Positions 24,328-37,427 of a stretch of DNA of 64,000 bases are shown here, piece after piece (positions within the stretch are counted from its first letter, which is position 1; the number at the start of each line of letters is the position of its first letter). The stretch lies in assembly GCF_006345805.1 (NCBI RefSeq), contig NC_043003.1:17918001-17982000 (forward strand), given 5' to 3'. The notes below the pieces were generated by a model. That model had not been told where the DNA came from. It worked only from the letters and a program-made list of their open reading frames with translations, and made no database searches. This DNA is from Octopus sinensis. Taxonomy: Eukaryota. The position numbers were made by a program, and so were the translations under genes.

Positions 24328-25237
24328 TGGCTGTGTGGTTAACAAGTTTGCCTAATAATCATATGGTCTCAGGTTCAGTCCCACTGTACAGCATTCTGAA
24401 CATGTGTTTTCTATGAATGCCTTGGGCCAAGCAAGTGGTAAGAAAGTGGTAAATGGAAACTGTATGGAAGCCAGTCATTTCTCCTCATTCTTTCACATTC
24501 CTTTCTTTCCCCTACTTTCTATCTACCCTTCCTGTTGCCAAGCCTCACCTACATCCAAGCAAGGTAATATTTACCCTCGACTAGACATGTTTTCCATAGA
24601 AGATTGGAAATGACCAGCTTTGCTTGTAGGATGATGATGATGATGCCCATTCACAACCATCATGTGTGTACCTATACAAAGGTACACGCATACACACACA
24701 TATACATACATACATGATGGTCTTCTTTCAGTTTTCATTTTCCAAATCCACTCACAAGGCTTTGGTCTACCTGGGGTTATTGTAGAAATTATCTGCTCAA
24801 GTTGCTATGCAGTGAGACAGCATGGTTGGGAAACACAGCATAGTTGGGAAACAAGCTTCTCCACTACACAGCTAAATATGAACGTATTTTATATATATAT
24901 ACATACATTATATATATATATATATATATCTACGTGATCACCGTGACCGACCAGGCTATCAGATGTTGCTACACATCGCTGGTCACAATGCGCTTCGCAT
25001 TGTTTTAGCCTTCAAATGACGCCACCCCGCTGGCTAAGCGAGCAGGCCAACAGAAGAAAGAGTGAGAGAAAGTTGCGGCGAAAGAGTACAACAGAGATCG
25101 CCACCACCCCCTGCCGGAGCCTCGTGGAGCTATAGGTGTTTTCGCTCAATAAACACTCACAACACCTGGTCTGGGAATCAAAACCATGATCCTACAACCA
25201 CGAGTCCGCTGCCCTAACCACTGGGCCATTGCGCCTC

Positions 25238-25289
<52 letters not shown>

Positions 25290-26104
25290 TATCCGCTCTA
25301 CTATAGGCACAAGGTCTGAAATTTTGGAGGAAGGGACTAGTCAATTACATTGACCCCAGTGTTTCATTAGTATTTAATTTACTGACCCTGAAAGGATGAA
25401 AGGCAAAGTCGACCTTGGTAGAATTTGAACTCAGAACATTAAGACAGACGAAGTGCTGCTAAAATAATACATATATATATATATTTGTGAGAGATGTAAG
25501 CAATTAAATTAACTGTAGTACTTAAGTGCCACTTGATTTAATGACCCCTGAAAGAAGAAAGGTAACGGTCATTGACCTCAGGGAAATTTAGATTCAGAAT
25601 TTAAAGGGACATAACCCAATAAAACAAGGCTTTTTTTTTTTGCTTTATTCAGCCCACTTCAGTGAATTTGAATCTTCTGCTCTGTTGAAGAATAATTAAT
25701 TAGCACAATCATTAATGCTATGTAATAAACGTGTTTAGGAAGGATGTGCTGTGTATGTGTGTGTTTGTGTATGTATGTAGTTGTGTATGCATGTACATAT
25801 ATGTATGTAGGTCTGTATGCTTGCGCAGATGTATGTGTGTATACATATACACAGATACCTGCATGTGTATGTGTGTGTGTGTGTAGATGCAGGTGTGTTT
25901 ATTCACAGGTGCATTTGAGTGTTTCAGAAGTTTGCTTCATAACTACAGGGTTCTAAGTTCAGTTCTACTGTGTGGTAATTTGGTCAAGTGCTTTATACTG
26001 TAGCCCCAGGCCAACTAAAGCCTTATGAATGAATTTGGAAGCTGAAAAAGACCATAGTACATATGTACATACATACATACATACCAACATACTTACTTAC
26101 TTAC

Positions 26105-26135
<31 letters not shown>

Positions 26136-28174
26136 CAAACATACATAAATTGTTTGTTCCTTCTCAAGCCATGACTGGCTCATAAGGGCCAGTTTCCAGG
26201 TTTCCTTGGCATATAGGTTCCCCACCTGGACGGGACGCCGGTACGTCGCAGGTGAGCTGCAAGATGTAAGAGTGAGAGAAAGTTGTGACGAAAGAGTCAA
26301 CAGAAGTCTGCCAGAGCCACGTAGAGCTTAGGTGTTTCGCTCATAAACACACACATTGCCCGGTCTGAGATTCAAACCCGTGAGTCCGATGCACTAACCA
26401 CTAGGCCATGTGCCTCCACACACACACACACATACATACATACATGTAACACACTGCATAAATACCGATCTTGAGAAATTAGTCTTCTCGAAACCAGAAT
26501 GGAGAAAGCTGATCCAAGCCAACACTGAGACTGTAGCAAACTAGAACTTTCCAGAGGTTTGTCATTTAAGTATATGTGAACATGCTTACAAACCACATGG
26601 CTCCGGGTTCAGTCCCACTCTGTGGCACCGTGGGCAAATGTCTTCTACTATAGCCTCGGGCTGACCAAAGCCTTGTGAGTGGATTTGATAGACAGAAAGA
26701 AGCCTGTCGTATATATGTATGATCTTCACCATTCGCGGTGCCTTCAAACCCAAAATCGCCATTATTAGCCCCAACCAAACTTCCTTCTTCCCCAACTCAG
26801 ACTTCCGGTCAATCTACTTATATGCACCTTCTCTCCCCACTCCTATCATTTCTTCTCCGATTCACAGCGATGTCTATAGCAAGCTAAGATTTCTCCCTTC
26901 TTTTTCATACATACATACATTTGCCTACCGTTTAAATGTTTTGAACTTATACCACCAACGTGCTTTGCTTTCCTTTTTCTTTCTCTATGCTACCCCAAAA
27001 AACATCGCCATTTTCCGCCCGTTTCTCTAAAGTACCTTCAATCCTTTAATTCGATCTTCACCATTCACAGCGCCCGCCCTTTCCCACCCCCACCACCAAT
27101 ACCGGTGAACACTGTTCTCACTGTTCACACCATCTACACCGGATATGCCCTCCCCCACCACCATTATGTGTGTCTCTCCCTCCTACCCCTCCACCTCACA
27201 TGCTTTCACTGTGTATTACCCCCCCCCCACCACCACCAAGACAAGCAGCTAGCGCCGCAGCTCATCAACCGCCCCACCTATCCTACGTTTCCTCCTGTTA
27301 TTGAATCTGTCACTGCCTCAACCGGCTATCTCCTTCCAGTCCCCTCCCCCACTCGTGATGTCCTACGTTTTATTTCCTACGAACCTGCATCAACCCTAGC
27401 TGTCATCATTCCTCCTTACCCCAACCCTCCCCACTGGGGCTTCCCTATATTACCTGCACCCCCAAAAAGCACCATCTGAACGTGGCCGATGCCAGCGCCG
27501 CCTTGGCTGGCACGTTAAAAGCTCGAACCGATCGTGACCGATGCCAGACCCACCCTGGCACCTGTGCAGGTGGCACGTAAAAAGCACCCACTACACTCGC
27601 GGAGTGGTTGGCGTTAGGAAGGGCATCCAGCTGTAGAAACTCTGCCAGATCAGACTGGAGCCTGGTGCAGCCTCCTGGCTTCCCAGACCACGGTCAAACC
27701 GTCCAACCCGTGCTAGCACGGAAAACGGACGTTGAACGATGATGATGATGATGATGATGATATGTATGTGTGCATATATATTTGTGTGTGTGTGTTTGTC
27801 CCCTCAACATCGCTTGACAACCGATGGTGGTGTGTTTACGTCCCTGTAACTTAGCAGTTCGGCAAAAGAGACCGATAGAATAAGTACTAGACTTCCAAAG
27901 AATAAGTCCTGGGGTTGATTTGCTCGACTAAAGGTGGTGCTCCAGCATGGCCACATCAAATGACTGAAACAAGTAAAAGAGTAAAAGCAAGAGTAAAGAG
28001 TATACAAAAAGGCCCAACTTGAACAGAATAGAAGTGATATTGAGAATTAAAGGGGTTGAAGAAAAGTATTACAAATTTAAACCCTTTCATTCTTGATATC
28101 ATTTCTATTCTGTGTAAATTGGCTCCTTTATGTATATAATATTATATATACATTTTTTGTATCTCATGTATCTA

Positions 28175-28510
28175 AGGCGCATGGCTCAGTGGTTAGAGCA
28201 TCGAGCTTACGATCGTGAGGTTGTGAGCTCGAATCCCGGACTGGGCTGCATGTTGTGTTCTTGAGCAAGACACTTTATTTCACGTTGCTCCAGTTCACTC
28301 AGCTGTAGAAATGAGTTGCGACGTCACTGGTGCTAAGCTGTATCGACCTTTGTCTTTCCCTTGGACAACACTGGTGGCGTGGAGAGGGGAGGCCGGTATG
28401 CATGGGCGACTGCTAGCCTTCCATAAACAACCTTGCCCAGACTTGTGCCTGGGAGGGTAACTTTCTAGGTGCAAACCCATGGTCACTCATGACCGAAGGG
28501 GGTCTTTTAC
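28175..28510 (+). mobile_element. tRNA-derived SINE, second family; other copies near 1759, 7100, 19845, 22365, 34030
   Basis: GGCGCATGGCTCAGTGGTTAGAGC A-box, GCTCGAATCCC B-box and TTGAGCAAGACACTT core. Confidence 0.85.
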
Positions 28511-28773
28511 TGATCTAACTTGCTTATCCCTACATTTACTTATGCATATACTCTTTACTATCTCTTTTACTCTTTTACTTGTTTCAGTCATTTGACTGCG
28601 GCCATGCTGGAGCACCGCCTTTAGCTGAGCAAATCGACCCTCGGACATATTCTTTGTAAGCCTAGTACTTATTCTATCAGACTCTTTTGCTGAACCGGTA
28701 GGTTACGGGGACGTAAACACACCAGCATCAGTTGTCAGGTGATGTTGGTGGGGACAAACACAGACACACAAAC

Positions 28774-28804
<31 letters not shown>

Positions 28805-29094
28805 CATACATATATATATATATACATATATATAATATATATATATATATATAATATATATATAATATATATATATACACACACATATTTACACATACAT
28901 ACGATGGGCTTCTGTCAGTTTCCGTCTACTAAATCCTCTCACAGGGCTTTGGTTGGCCCGAGGCTATAGTAGAAGAAACTTGCCCAAGGTGCCATACAGT
29001 GGGACTGAATCTGGAAGCATGTGATTGGTAAGCAAGCTACTTATCACACAGCCACTGATGCGCCTATATATATATATACATATATAATATATAT

Positions 29095-29128
<34 letters not shown>

Positions 29129-29682
29129 GCAGTATATTGTATATATGTTATCCCATGGAGGGTTGCATTTACAACCCCTATCTCAATTTGTGTATATATA
29201 TATATATATATTATATATATATATATATATATCATCATCATCATCATCATAATTTAACGTCCGCTTTCCTTGCTAGCATGGGTTGGATGATTTGACCAAG
29301 GACTGGCGAACCAGATGGCTGCGCCAGGCTCCAATCTGATCTGGCAGAGTTTCTACAGCTGGATGCCCTTCCTAATGTCAACCACTCCATGAGTGTAGTG
29401 GGTGCTTTTTACGTGCCACCCGCACAGGTACCAGACAGAGCTGGCAAACGGCCACGAACGGATGGTGCTTTTACGTGCCACCGGCACGGAGGCCAGCCAG
29501 GGCTGGCAACGGACACGAGCGGATGGTGCTTTTACGTGCCACCGGCACGGGGGCCAGACGAGGCTGGCAATGGACACGAACGGATGGTGCTTTTACGTGC
29601 CACCGGCACAGGGGCCAGGCGAGGCTGGCAGCGGACACGAACGGATGGTGCTTTTACGTGCCACCGGCACGGAGGCCAGACG

Positions 29683-29725
<43 letters not shown>

Positions 29726-30555
29726 TATGAATGCCTTTCCTCCCTTGGACACAAAGACCGGTTGAGGCAAGCGAAGTCGATATAGAACCTCATCCGACGA
29801 CAGACACCCATCCCAACCCCCCATGCTTGCGAAGACATGTTGGGGCAAGCGAAATCGAAACCGAATTGAACCAGCCAGGATCCCTGGCCTGGTGGTACGT
29901 AAAAAGCACTATCCGACTCGGGGCCGTGGCACGTAAAATACTCCAATGCGACCGTACGACAGGCACCCATGCCAACCCCCTTGCTTGTGAAGACATGTTG
30001 GGGCAAGCGAAATCGAAATCGAATTGAACCAGCCAGGATCCCTGGTCTGGTGGTACGTAAAGCACTATCCGACTCGTGGCCGTGGCACGTAAAATACTCC
30101 AATGCGACCGTACGACAGGCACCCTTGCCAACCCCCTTTGCTTGTGAAGACATGTTGGGGCAAGCGAAATCGAATCGAATTGAACCAGCCAGGATCCCTG
30201 GTCTGGTGGTACGTAAAAAGCACTATCCGACTCGTGGCCGATGCCAGCACCGCCTCGACTGGCTTCCGTGCCGGTGGCACATAAAATACACCAATCTGAC
30301 CGTGGCCGTTGCCAGCCCCGCCTGGCACCTGTACAGGTGGCACGTAAAAAGCACCCACTACACTCACGGAGTGGTTGGCGTTAGGAAGGGCATCCAGCTG
30401 TAGAAACATTGCCAAATTAGACTGGAGCCTGGTGCAGCCTTCTGGCTTCCCAGAACCCCGGTCGAACCGTCCAACCCATGCTAGCATGGAGAACGGACGT
30501 TAAACGACGATGATGATGATGATGATATATGTATATATATATATATATATGTATG

Positions 30556-30591
<36 letters not shown>

Positions 30592-30781
30592 ATATATATG
30601 TATATATATGTATATAGACATTTACACACACATGTATACATACACACATACACACAACAACATTCTGGACTGTAGATGATGATGGTGGTGGTGATGGTGG
30701 TGGTGATGATGATGATGATGATGATTAGTGTACACATGGACATGTAGAATTTCATTTTTGTTTTTGTTGTTTTGTCTTTAC

Positions 30782-30972
30782 CTTTCTTACACTTGAATGG
30801 ATGGAGTGTTGAATGATCTTCAACTGGATGTTTGCAATGGCACCTGAGAAAATTGCTTCCAGTAGAATAAACATAATGGTATGACTGACATAAGCAACCA
30901 TTAACACGACATGGAAGCATGATGGGTCTTGTAGTTGGAATGGTCTCAAAATCAGTCTTGTGTTGCTTATAT
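30782..30972 (-). CDS. FAM221A: FAM221A-like protein, exon 4 (Cys/His-rich)
   Basis: ttccAG and GTAAAG. YKQHKTDFETIPTTRPIMLPCRVNGCLCQSYHYVYSTGSNFLRCHCKHPVEDHSTLHPFKCKK. Confidence 0.93.
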
Positions 30973-31052
30973 CTGGAAGTAAGATAAAAATAGAGAGATA
31001 CTTTATAATGGAAGGGAATGATGAATTAAATAAATACAGCTGTGTAATAAAA

Positions 31053-31211
31053 ACAGGAGTGGCTGTGTGGTAAGTAGCTTGCTAACCAGCCACATGGTTC
31101 TGGGTTCAGTCCCACTGCGTGGCATCTTGGGCAAATGTCTTCTGCTATAGCCTCAGGCCGACCAAAGCCTTGTAAGTGGATTTGGTAGACGGAAACTGAA
31201 AGAAGCCCGTC

Positions 31212-31255
<44 letters not shown>

Positions 31256-31477
31256 ATATGTTTGTGTGTCTGTGTTTGTCCCCTCCAACATTGTTTGACA
31301 ACCGATGCTGGTGTGTTTACGTCCGTGTCACTTAGCGGTTTGGCAAAAAGAGACCGATAGAATAAGTACTGGGCTTACAAGAGAATAAGTTCTGGGGTCG
31401 ATTTGCTCGACTAAAGGCGGTGCTCCAGCATGGCCGCAGTCAAATGACTGAAACAAGTAAAAGAGTAAAAGAGTAAA
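31053..31477 (+). mobile_element. Abundant tRNA-derived SINE, plus-strand copy; others near 43543, 55830, 56462
   Basis: Full head-to-tail match to the 8555 family in the opposite orientation. Confidence 0.9.
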
Positions 31478-32276
31478 GCCGTATTACATATACTTATTAT
31501 ACTTATTATACTTCCCAATTGCAAGGATGGGGCAAAAGCTAAGTTGAGGTTTGGAGGGTTTGAACTCTAGAAGGTAAAAAGACAGCACTTAAATACTGCG
31601 AGATCCTTTAACCAAATACACAGCTCTTGATCATATTTGCCAACTTGTAGAGCTGGCAAATATCAGATATCCCCTATCTACAAAGAAGTGCTGAAGAGTT
31701 CTTGGCTTCGGGTAAAAGAAAATACAGGAAGATCAGTTAATTATGATTTTATTCAACATATTCCCCTCTCAGATTCACACACTTATTACTCTTACTCTTA
31801 CTCTTTTACTCTTTTACTTGTTTCAGTCATTTGACTACGGCCATACTGGAGCACCGCCTTTAGTCGAGCAAATCGACCCCGGGACTTATTCTTTGTAAGG
31901 CCAGTACTTATTCTATCGATCTCTTTTGCCGAACCGCTAAGTGACGGGGACATAAACATATTAGCCCTAGGGGGACAAACACAGACACACAAACATATAC
32001 ACACACACTTATATATATATACATATATACGACAGGCTTCTTTCAGTTTCCGCCTACCAAATCCACTCACAAGGCATTGGTCGGCCCGGGGCTATAGCAG
32101 AAGACACTTGCCCAAGATGCCACGCAATGGGACTGAACCCAGAACCATGTGGTTGGTTAGCAAGCTACTTACCACACAGCCACTCCTGCGCCTATTGCAG
32201 TGGTCCTTCAATTTTTTTTAAGCCCTGTAAAAGAACTCAGAACTTTGAATCTCCAACCAGACCTTTCATAATACCT

Positions 32277-32505
32277 TTAACCCTTTAGTGTTCAGAATAC
32301 TCTGTTAAATGTAATGCTTTTTTTAAAAAAATGTTTTGAATTAATCATGCATTACCTTGTAGCTTTGAGGTTTCAATGATGTGATTGTTTATTTTTAGAA
32401 TGACATTGTAGGTTAGGTGTGAGAGGCTAGATATGGCCAGTTTGAATATAAAATATGTGGAATATATTGGGCCGGATTTGGCCAATTTAAACACTAAAGG
32501 GTTAA
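32277..32505. mobile_element. piggyBac-type MITE, second family; degraded copies near 13870, 14420, 39560
   Basis: TTAA-CCCTTTAGTGTT...AACACTAAAGGG-TTAA, nested inside a mariner MITE. Confidence 0.8.
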
Positions 32506-32761
32506 AGCAGGACCTTTTCAGCACACCCTTGTATACACTCTTTACTTTTTAACTCTTTTACTTGTTTCAGTCATTTGACTGTGGCCATGCTGGAGCACCA
32601 CCTTTAGTCGAGGAAATCGAACCCAAGACTTATTCTTTGTAAGCCTAGTACTTATTCTATCGGTCACTTTTGCCGAACCACTAAGTTACGGGGATGTAAA
32701 CACACCAGCTTTGGTTGCCAAGCGATGTTGGGATGACAAACACAGACACACAAACACATAC

Positions 32762-32812
<51 letters not shown>

Positions 32813-34536
32813 AAACACATGCATACATGTATAATACATATATGAGGGGTTGCTGATGTTAATTATGATCTTGTTCAACATACTCCCTCTCAAATTCACA
32901 CACTTATCGCACCGGTCCTTCAGGTTTTCTAGGCCCTGTAAAAGAACTCAGAAGGTTGGGCCTCCAAACAGGTTTTTTACAATCCCCTTAAAGCCAGAAA
33001 CTTTCCAGTACCCCACTATATTAAACTGTTTTCTTCTAAGACTGTTAAAATAAGTGCCAGGCATAAAAAAAAAAATGAGTACTGGGGTTACCCTCCAAGG
33101 TGGTGCCCCACCATGGCTGCAGTCCAAGGACTCAAACAAGTGAATGATAAAAGATAACAGTATTTCAAATTTGAGGAGGTAGAGTTTAATATTTGTTTTC
33201 TTTTTGTTGGGTCTGGAGAAAGGGGCAGTGCCCACAGCCCTTGTTGGCCATTTAGACTGATTACATTGATTCCTTCAATGTTCCTCTTGAACCTTTCATA
33301 GGTCAACAGCTGTAGGGAAGACAAGCATTTAAGGAATTTTAGAGGGCTGAGGTTCACAATCATTCCAAGTGTTTGTAGCCCATTGGACAGCCACATACAT
33401 CCCTAGGGACTGATATTAACCATTTTGCCAACCCCTATTCTGGTCAAGGACGAGATGATCAAGATGGTGTGTGTGTCTGTTCACAATTTCACCTAAAGTA
33501 ATTAGTGAGAGCATTGTATATATTACCAAGCCATGCTGACTTTCATTGGTGATAGTTGGCTGTACTCTGTGTTTGTCAAAAGTGAATGGTAGTTTTGATG
33601 GCATTTTTTAACCATCCTTATAGCCTGTAAAAAATTATGACCGACACAGGCCAATGCAGTTAACCCTTTCGTTACTGAATTCATTTTGAGATGCTCTGTG
33701 TTTCTTTCAATTACTTTAAATATAACAAAGAATTTTGTAAAATAACTTAGTTATCATTCAGCTTGTGTTAGGAACATAAATTGTGACTAAGGTTTGGTGG
33801 AAGATTTTAATTCAAAACTTATGAAAACAGGACATTTGTACTCAGAGCCAGAGCCGGTTTCAGCTGGGTTGGTAATGAAAGGGTTAATGTCTAGTTTGAA
33901 GTGCTGCAAGTTAAAAGACAAACATGATTGGAAAAAATAAAATGAAAAAAGAAAGAAAATAAATAAAAGAAGTTACGTAGTGGAAATAGATTTGGGCGAC
34001 AACAGGTTACTCTTTCTAGAAGTGTATATAGGTGGTTAGAGCATCAAGCCCACAATCATGAGGTAATGAGTTCAGTTCCAGGACTGGGCTGTGTGCTGTG
34101 TTCTTGAGCAAGACACTTTATCTTAGGTTCTCCAGTTCACTCAGCTGTAGAAATGAGTTGTGACATCACTAATGCCTAGCTGTATCAACCTTAGCCTTTC
34201 CCTTGGATAACATTGGTGGCATGAAGAAGGGCAGCTGGTAGGCACAGGGGGTTGCTGGTCTTCCATAAAAACAACCTTGCCCAGACTTGTGCCTGAGAAG
34301 GTAACTTTCTAGGTTCAATCCCATGGTCTTTCATGACCAAAGGAGGTCCATTACCCTTTACCCTTTACCCTATATAGAGTTACAGGAGGGTTTAGATCTA
34401 CCAATAGTGAATAGGGATTTGTGCCATTAGCATAGTGAACCAGTGAGGTCAAAAGCTAAGTTCAGTGGGAAGAAGAACAGGGTTCACATGTAAGCAGAAA
34501 CAAAATCATCAAAGAAGATATTGAACAAATAAATAC

Positions 34537-34631
34537 CTATGTTGGCAAAAACACATCGTCTCAGGCCCAACCAGTTTACAATCCATGTTATTTGGATTCA
34601 CCCAACAGGTGAACAGTCGATTTTTCATACG
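34537..34631 (-). CDS. FAM221A: FAM221A-like protein, exon 3
   Basis: ttacAG and GTATTT. RMKNRLFTCWVNPNNMDCKLVGPETMCFCQH(R). Confidence 0.93.
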
Positions 34632-34824
34632 CTGTAATTGTAAAGAAAACAGATAAAACTGAATTACTGAATCACAGGGAGAGAAAGATCAGAGATCATC
34701 TATTATCCTTATGAGGGAGCCAATCATGCAATTAGACAATTAATCCATATGGCCACTTGCATGACTTACTAAATTTTTTTGTCAGCTTTCTAAATTTTCA
34801 ATTTACAGAAAGACAATAATAATG

Positions 34825-35256
34825 ATAATAATGAAATTATTGTATACAGTGCTCAGATGCACCACAACTTGTCAAAAGTGTGTATAAAGCATATGCAATA
34901 ACGTACAAATGTCTGGGAAATGAACAGTATATGAGTTAGATACATGCTTGCGTGTGTATGGAGGGGAGAAAATCAGGTGTAGTGTTGGCGAATCTCAGGA
35001 AGCATGGAAGTTTTGAAGGATGCAGTGCTCCGACAACTAACAACTGATGCCTGCAGATTGTTCCATACTTCAGCAACTCTTAGCGTGAAAAAATGTTTCT
35101 GAAAGTCATGGGAGCTGTGCTGTTTCTGACTTTGTAAACATGTCCACGGGTGTTAGACAGGTAGAGTTTGAAAAGGTGCACAGAGTTATTGTTTGTAAGA
35201 TAGTTAATAATTTTATGGGTGTCTGCCAAGTCAGCTGCCAGACGTCGGAGTTTCAA
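34825..35256 (-). mobile_element. CR1-type LINE 3-prime fragment
   Basis: LKLRRLAADLADTHKIIN...SNTRGHVYKV, the same element as at 60984. Confidence 0.85.
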
Positions 35257-35284
35257 TAATGCACCCAATTTATATATATGTATG

Positions 35285-35637
35285 TTTTGTAATATGCAGA
35301 CAAGAAAGTGATATTTTGAACACAGTGTAGCCATGAAAACAACAGAAAAATTAGATATTTTACCCTTATAAGATGGCAAAAGTTTGTTTACAATATATGT
35401 TGTTGCATTCCGAAAAAACTATGACATTTAGAAGTTAATTTGAAGAGATTGTTGTCAGCAAGCAGTTTAGCTTAATGGTAGAGTACTTGTTCAGTATCTG
35501 AAGGGTGCGGGTTTGAGTCCCATGGCTGTCTGCTGGCAACTTTTTCCATCTTCTAAGGGTAAACTATGCAATCTTTCTGCTGTTTTCATGGCTATACTGT
35601 GTTTGAAATATTACTTTCTTGTCAATATATTACAAGA
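35285..35637. mobile_element. Fold-back element enclosing a tRNA-like segment
   Basis: About 100-bp inverted arms (35285-35384 and 35538-35637). Segment 35461-35530 has A-box TAGCTTAATGG and B-box GGTTTGAGTCC. Confidence 0.65.
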
Positions 35638-35762
35638 CAAATTCAATGCTCTGTGTGTGTGCGTGTGCATATATATATATACCTTCAAAATGCGACCATA
35701 TGTGTTTTGTTGGTAATTTTTTTCCTCCATCTTCCCTTCCTTGGATCTTTCCTTTTTCTATG

Positions 35763-35795
35763 TTTCTGACGAAGAGCTCCGCTCAAAACGTTAAA
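35763..35795 (+). ncRNA. Degenerate minimal hammerhead motif (G12>A)
   Basis: ttt-CTGACGA-a-gagc-tcc-gctc-AAAA-CG-T-T-aaa. GAAA has become AAAA at a CpG. Confidence 0.5.
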
Positions 35796-36138
35796 TCCTC
35801 CTTCTTTCTTTCCTTTCCTGAGCGTCCAATAACACTATACTTGTTCCACGTCCTCGAGATGTTGTGTTTTCTCTTTGTGTTATCATGTTTGGATTAACTA
35901 TATATATATATACAGTGGGGGGAAATAAATATTCGTACATATCAAAATTCTTTATATATCTAATTTCTAATGAACATAAATGGGATATACCAATACTATA
36001 TTTGCATACACATGCGTAAACTAAGAATAGGCAAAAGAAACTAATAAATTATAGTTACTAAGGAATTTATATACAATTATAAATATTTAGGGGTGAAAAA
36101 AGTATTCGTACAGAACATAAATAACAGATAATTCTGAT

Positions 36139-37163
36139 TTAATACTTCATAGCATAACCATTATTCAGTTCCACTTCAACCAATCTCTTCTTGTAGTTCT
36201 TAATCAATGACTTGCATGTTTCTTTAGGAATTTTTTCCCATTCTTCTTGACAAATTTTCTTCAAATCTAGAATGCACATTGGGGCTCTTGAATGAATTTT
36301 TATTTTCAAATAACGCCACAAATTTTCAATGGGATTCAAGTCAGGTGACTCGCTTGGCCATTCTAATAATTTTATATTGTGATCAACAATCCATTTTTTG
36401 GTAGACTTTGCCATGTGCTTAGGGTCGTTATCCTGTTGTAAAACCCACCCTTCACAAAGCCGGAGCTTTTTTACAGAGTCCCATAAATTATTGTTCAAAA
36501 TATTTTGGTACATCTCTGCATTCATTCTACCATCTATCACATGTAAATTGCCAGTACCATTTGCAGAGAAACCCCCCCCCCACCATGATGTTGCCACCTC
36601 CAAACTTTATGGTAGGAATTGTGTTTTTCGGCGAATAGGCAGTACCATCTTTTCTCGAAACATGGCTATGTGAATTTCTTCCAAACAATTCAATTTTCAA
36701 CTCGTCTGTACATAGAACATTTTCCCAGAATGTATCAGGTTTATCTTTATGTTCATAAACAAATTTTAAATTGGCATCTCTATGCCTTTTAGTCAACAGC
36801 GGAGTTTTTCTAGGAGAGCGTGACTTCAGTTTATTCCTATGAAGTTCATTGCTGATTGTTCATAGGGTAACTCTAGTCCCTGAAGCTAACAAATCTTCTT
36901 GCAGCTCCTTTCTAGTGAACATTGCATTTTTTTTCAATTCTTCACTTCATTTTTCTTAAAGATCTAGGGGAAATCTTGCGTGGTGCACCGGATCTTATTC
37001 TGTTTTCAACAGTTCCCGATTTTTTATATCTTTGAATAAATGAAGATATGGTAGAAAATGGAATACAAGGGATCTCTGATATTTTCCTGTAACTTTTACC
37101 TGCTTTCCACTGTTCAATAATTAAGTTTTTCACTGTATTTGTGAGTTCTTTACTTTTCGCCAT
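36139..37163 (-). pseudogene. Frameshifted Tc1 transposase
   Basis: Three ORF pieces: HTH MAKSKEL...GKSYRKIS, WENVLCTDELKIELFG, and QQDNDPKH...SPDLNPIENLW with 34 residues between D and E. Confidence 0.93.
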
Positions 37164-37427
37164 TATTACGATACTGCTTTATGCTGTCTCAGTGCTGAAT
37201 GAAGAAGCTAGCGTTTTGACACTTAAAAATGACAACTGATAAGATTATTGGAACAAACGAGAAAGTTCTAGTAAAAAAAAATTATTTTAACAGTATTTTG
37301 TGGCTTAGAAAATCATAAATTTATTCTGTATGAATACTTTTTTCACCCCTAAATATTTATGATTGTATATAAATTCCTTAGTTATTATAATTTATTAGTT
37401 TCTTTTGCATATTCTTAGTTTATGCAT

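Noticed and set aside
30268-30360. Resemblance of CGTGCCGGTGGCACGTAAAAAG to the pistol ribozyme P1 plus A-rich linker
   Set aside because: No pseudoknot partner or P2/P3 stems could be identified.
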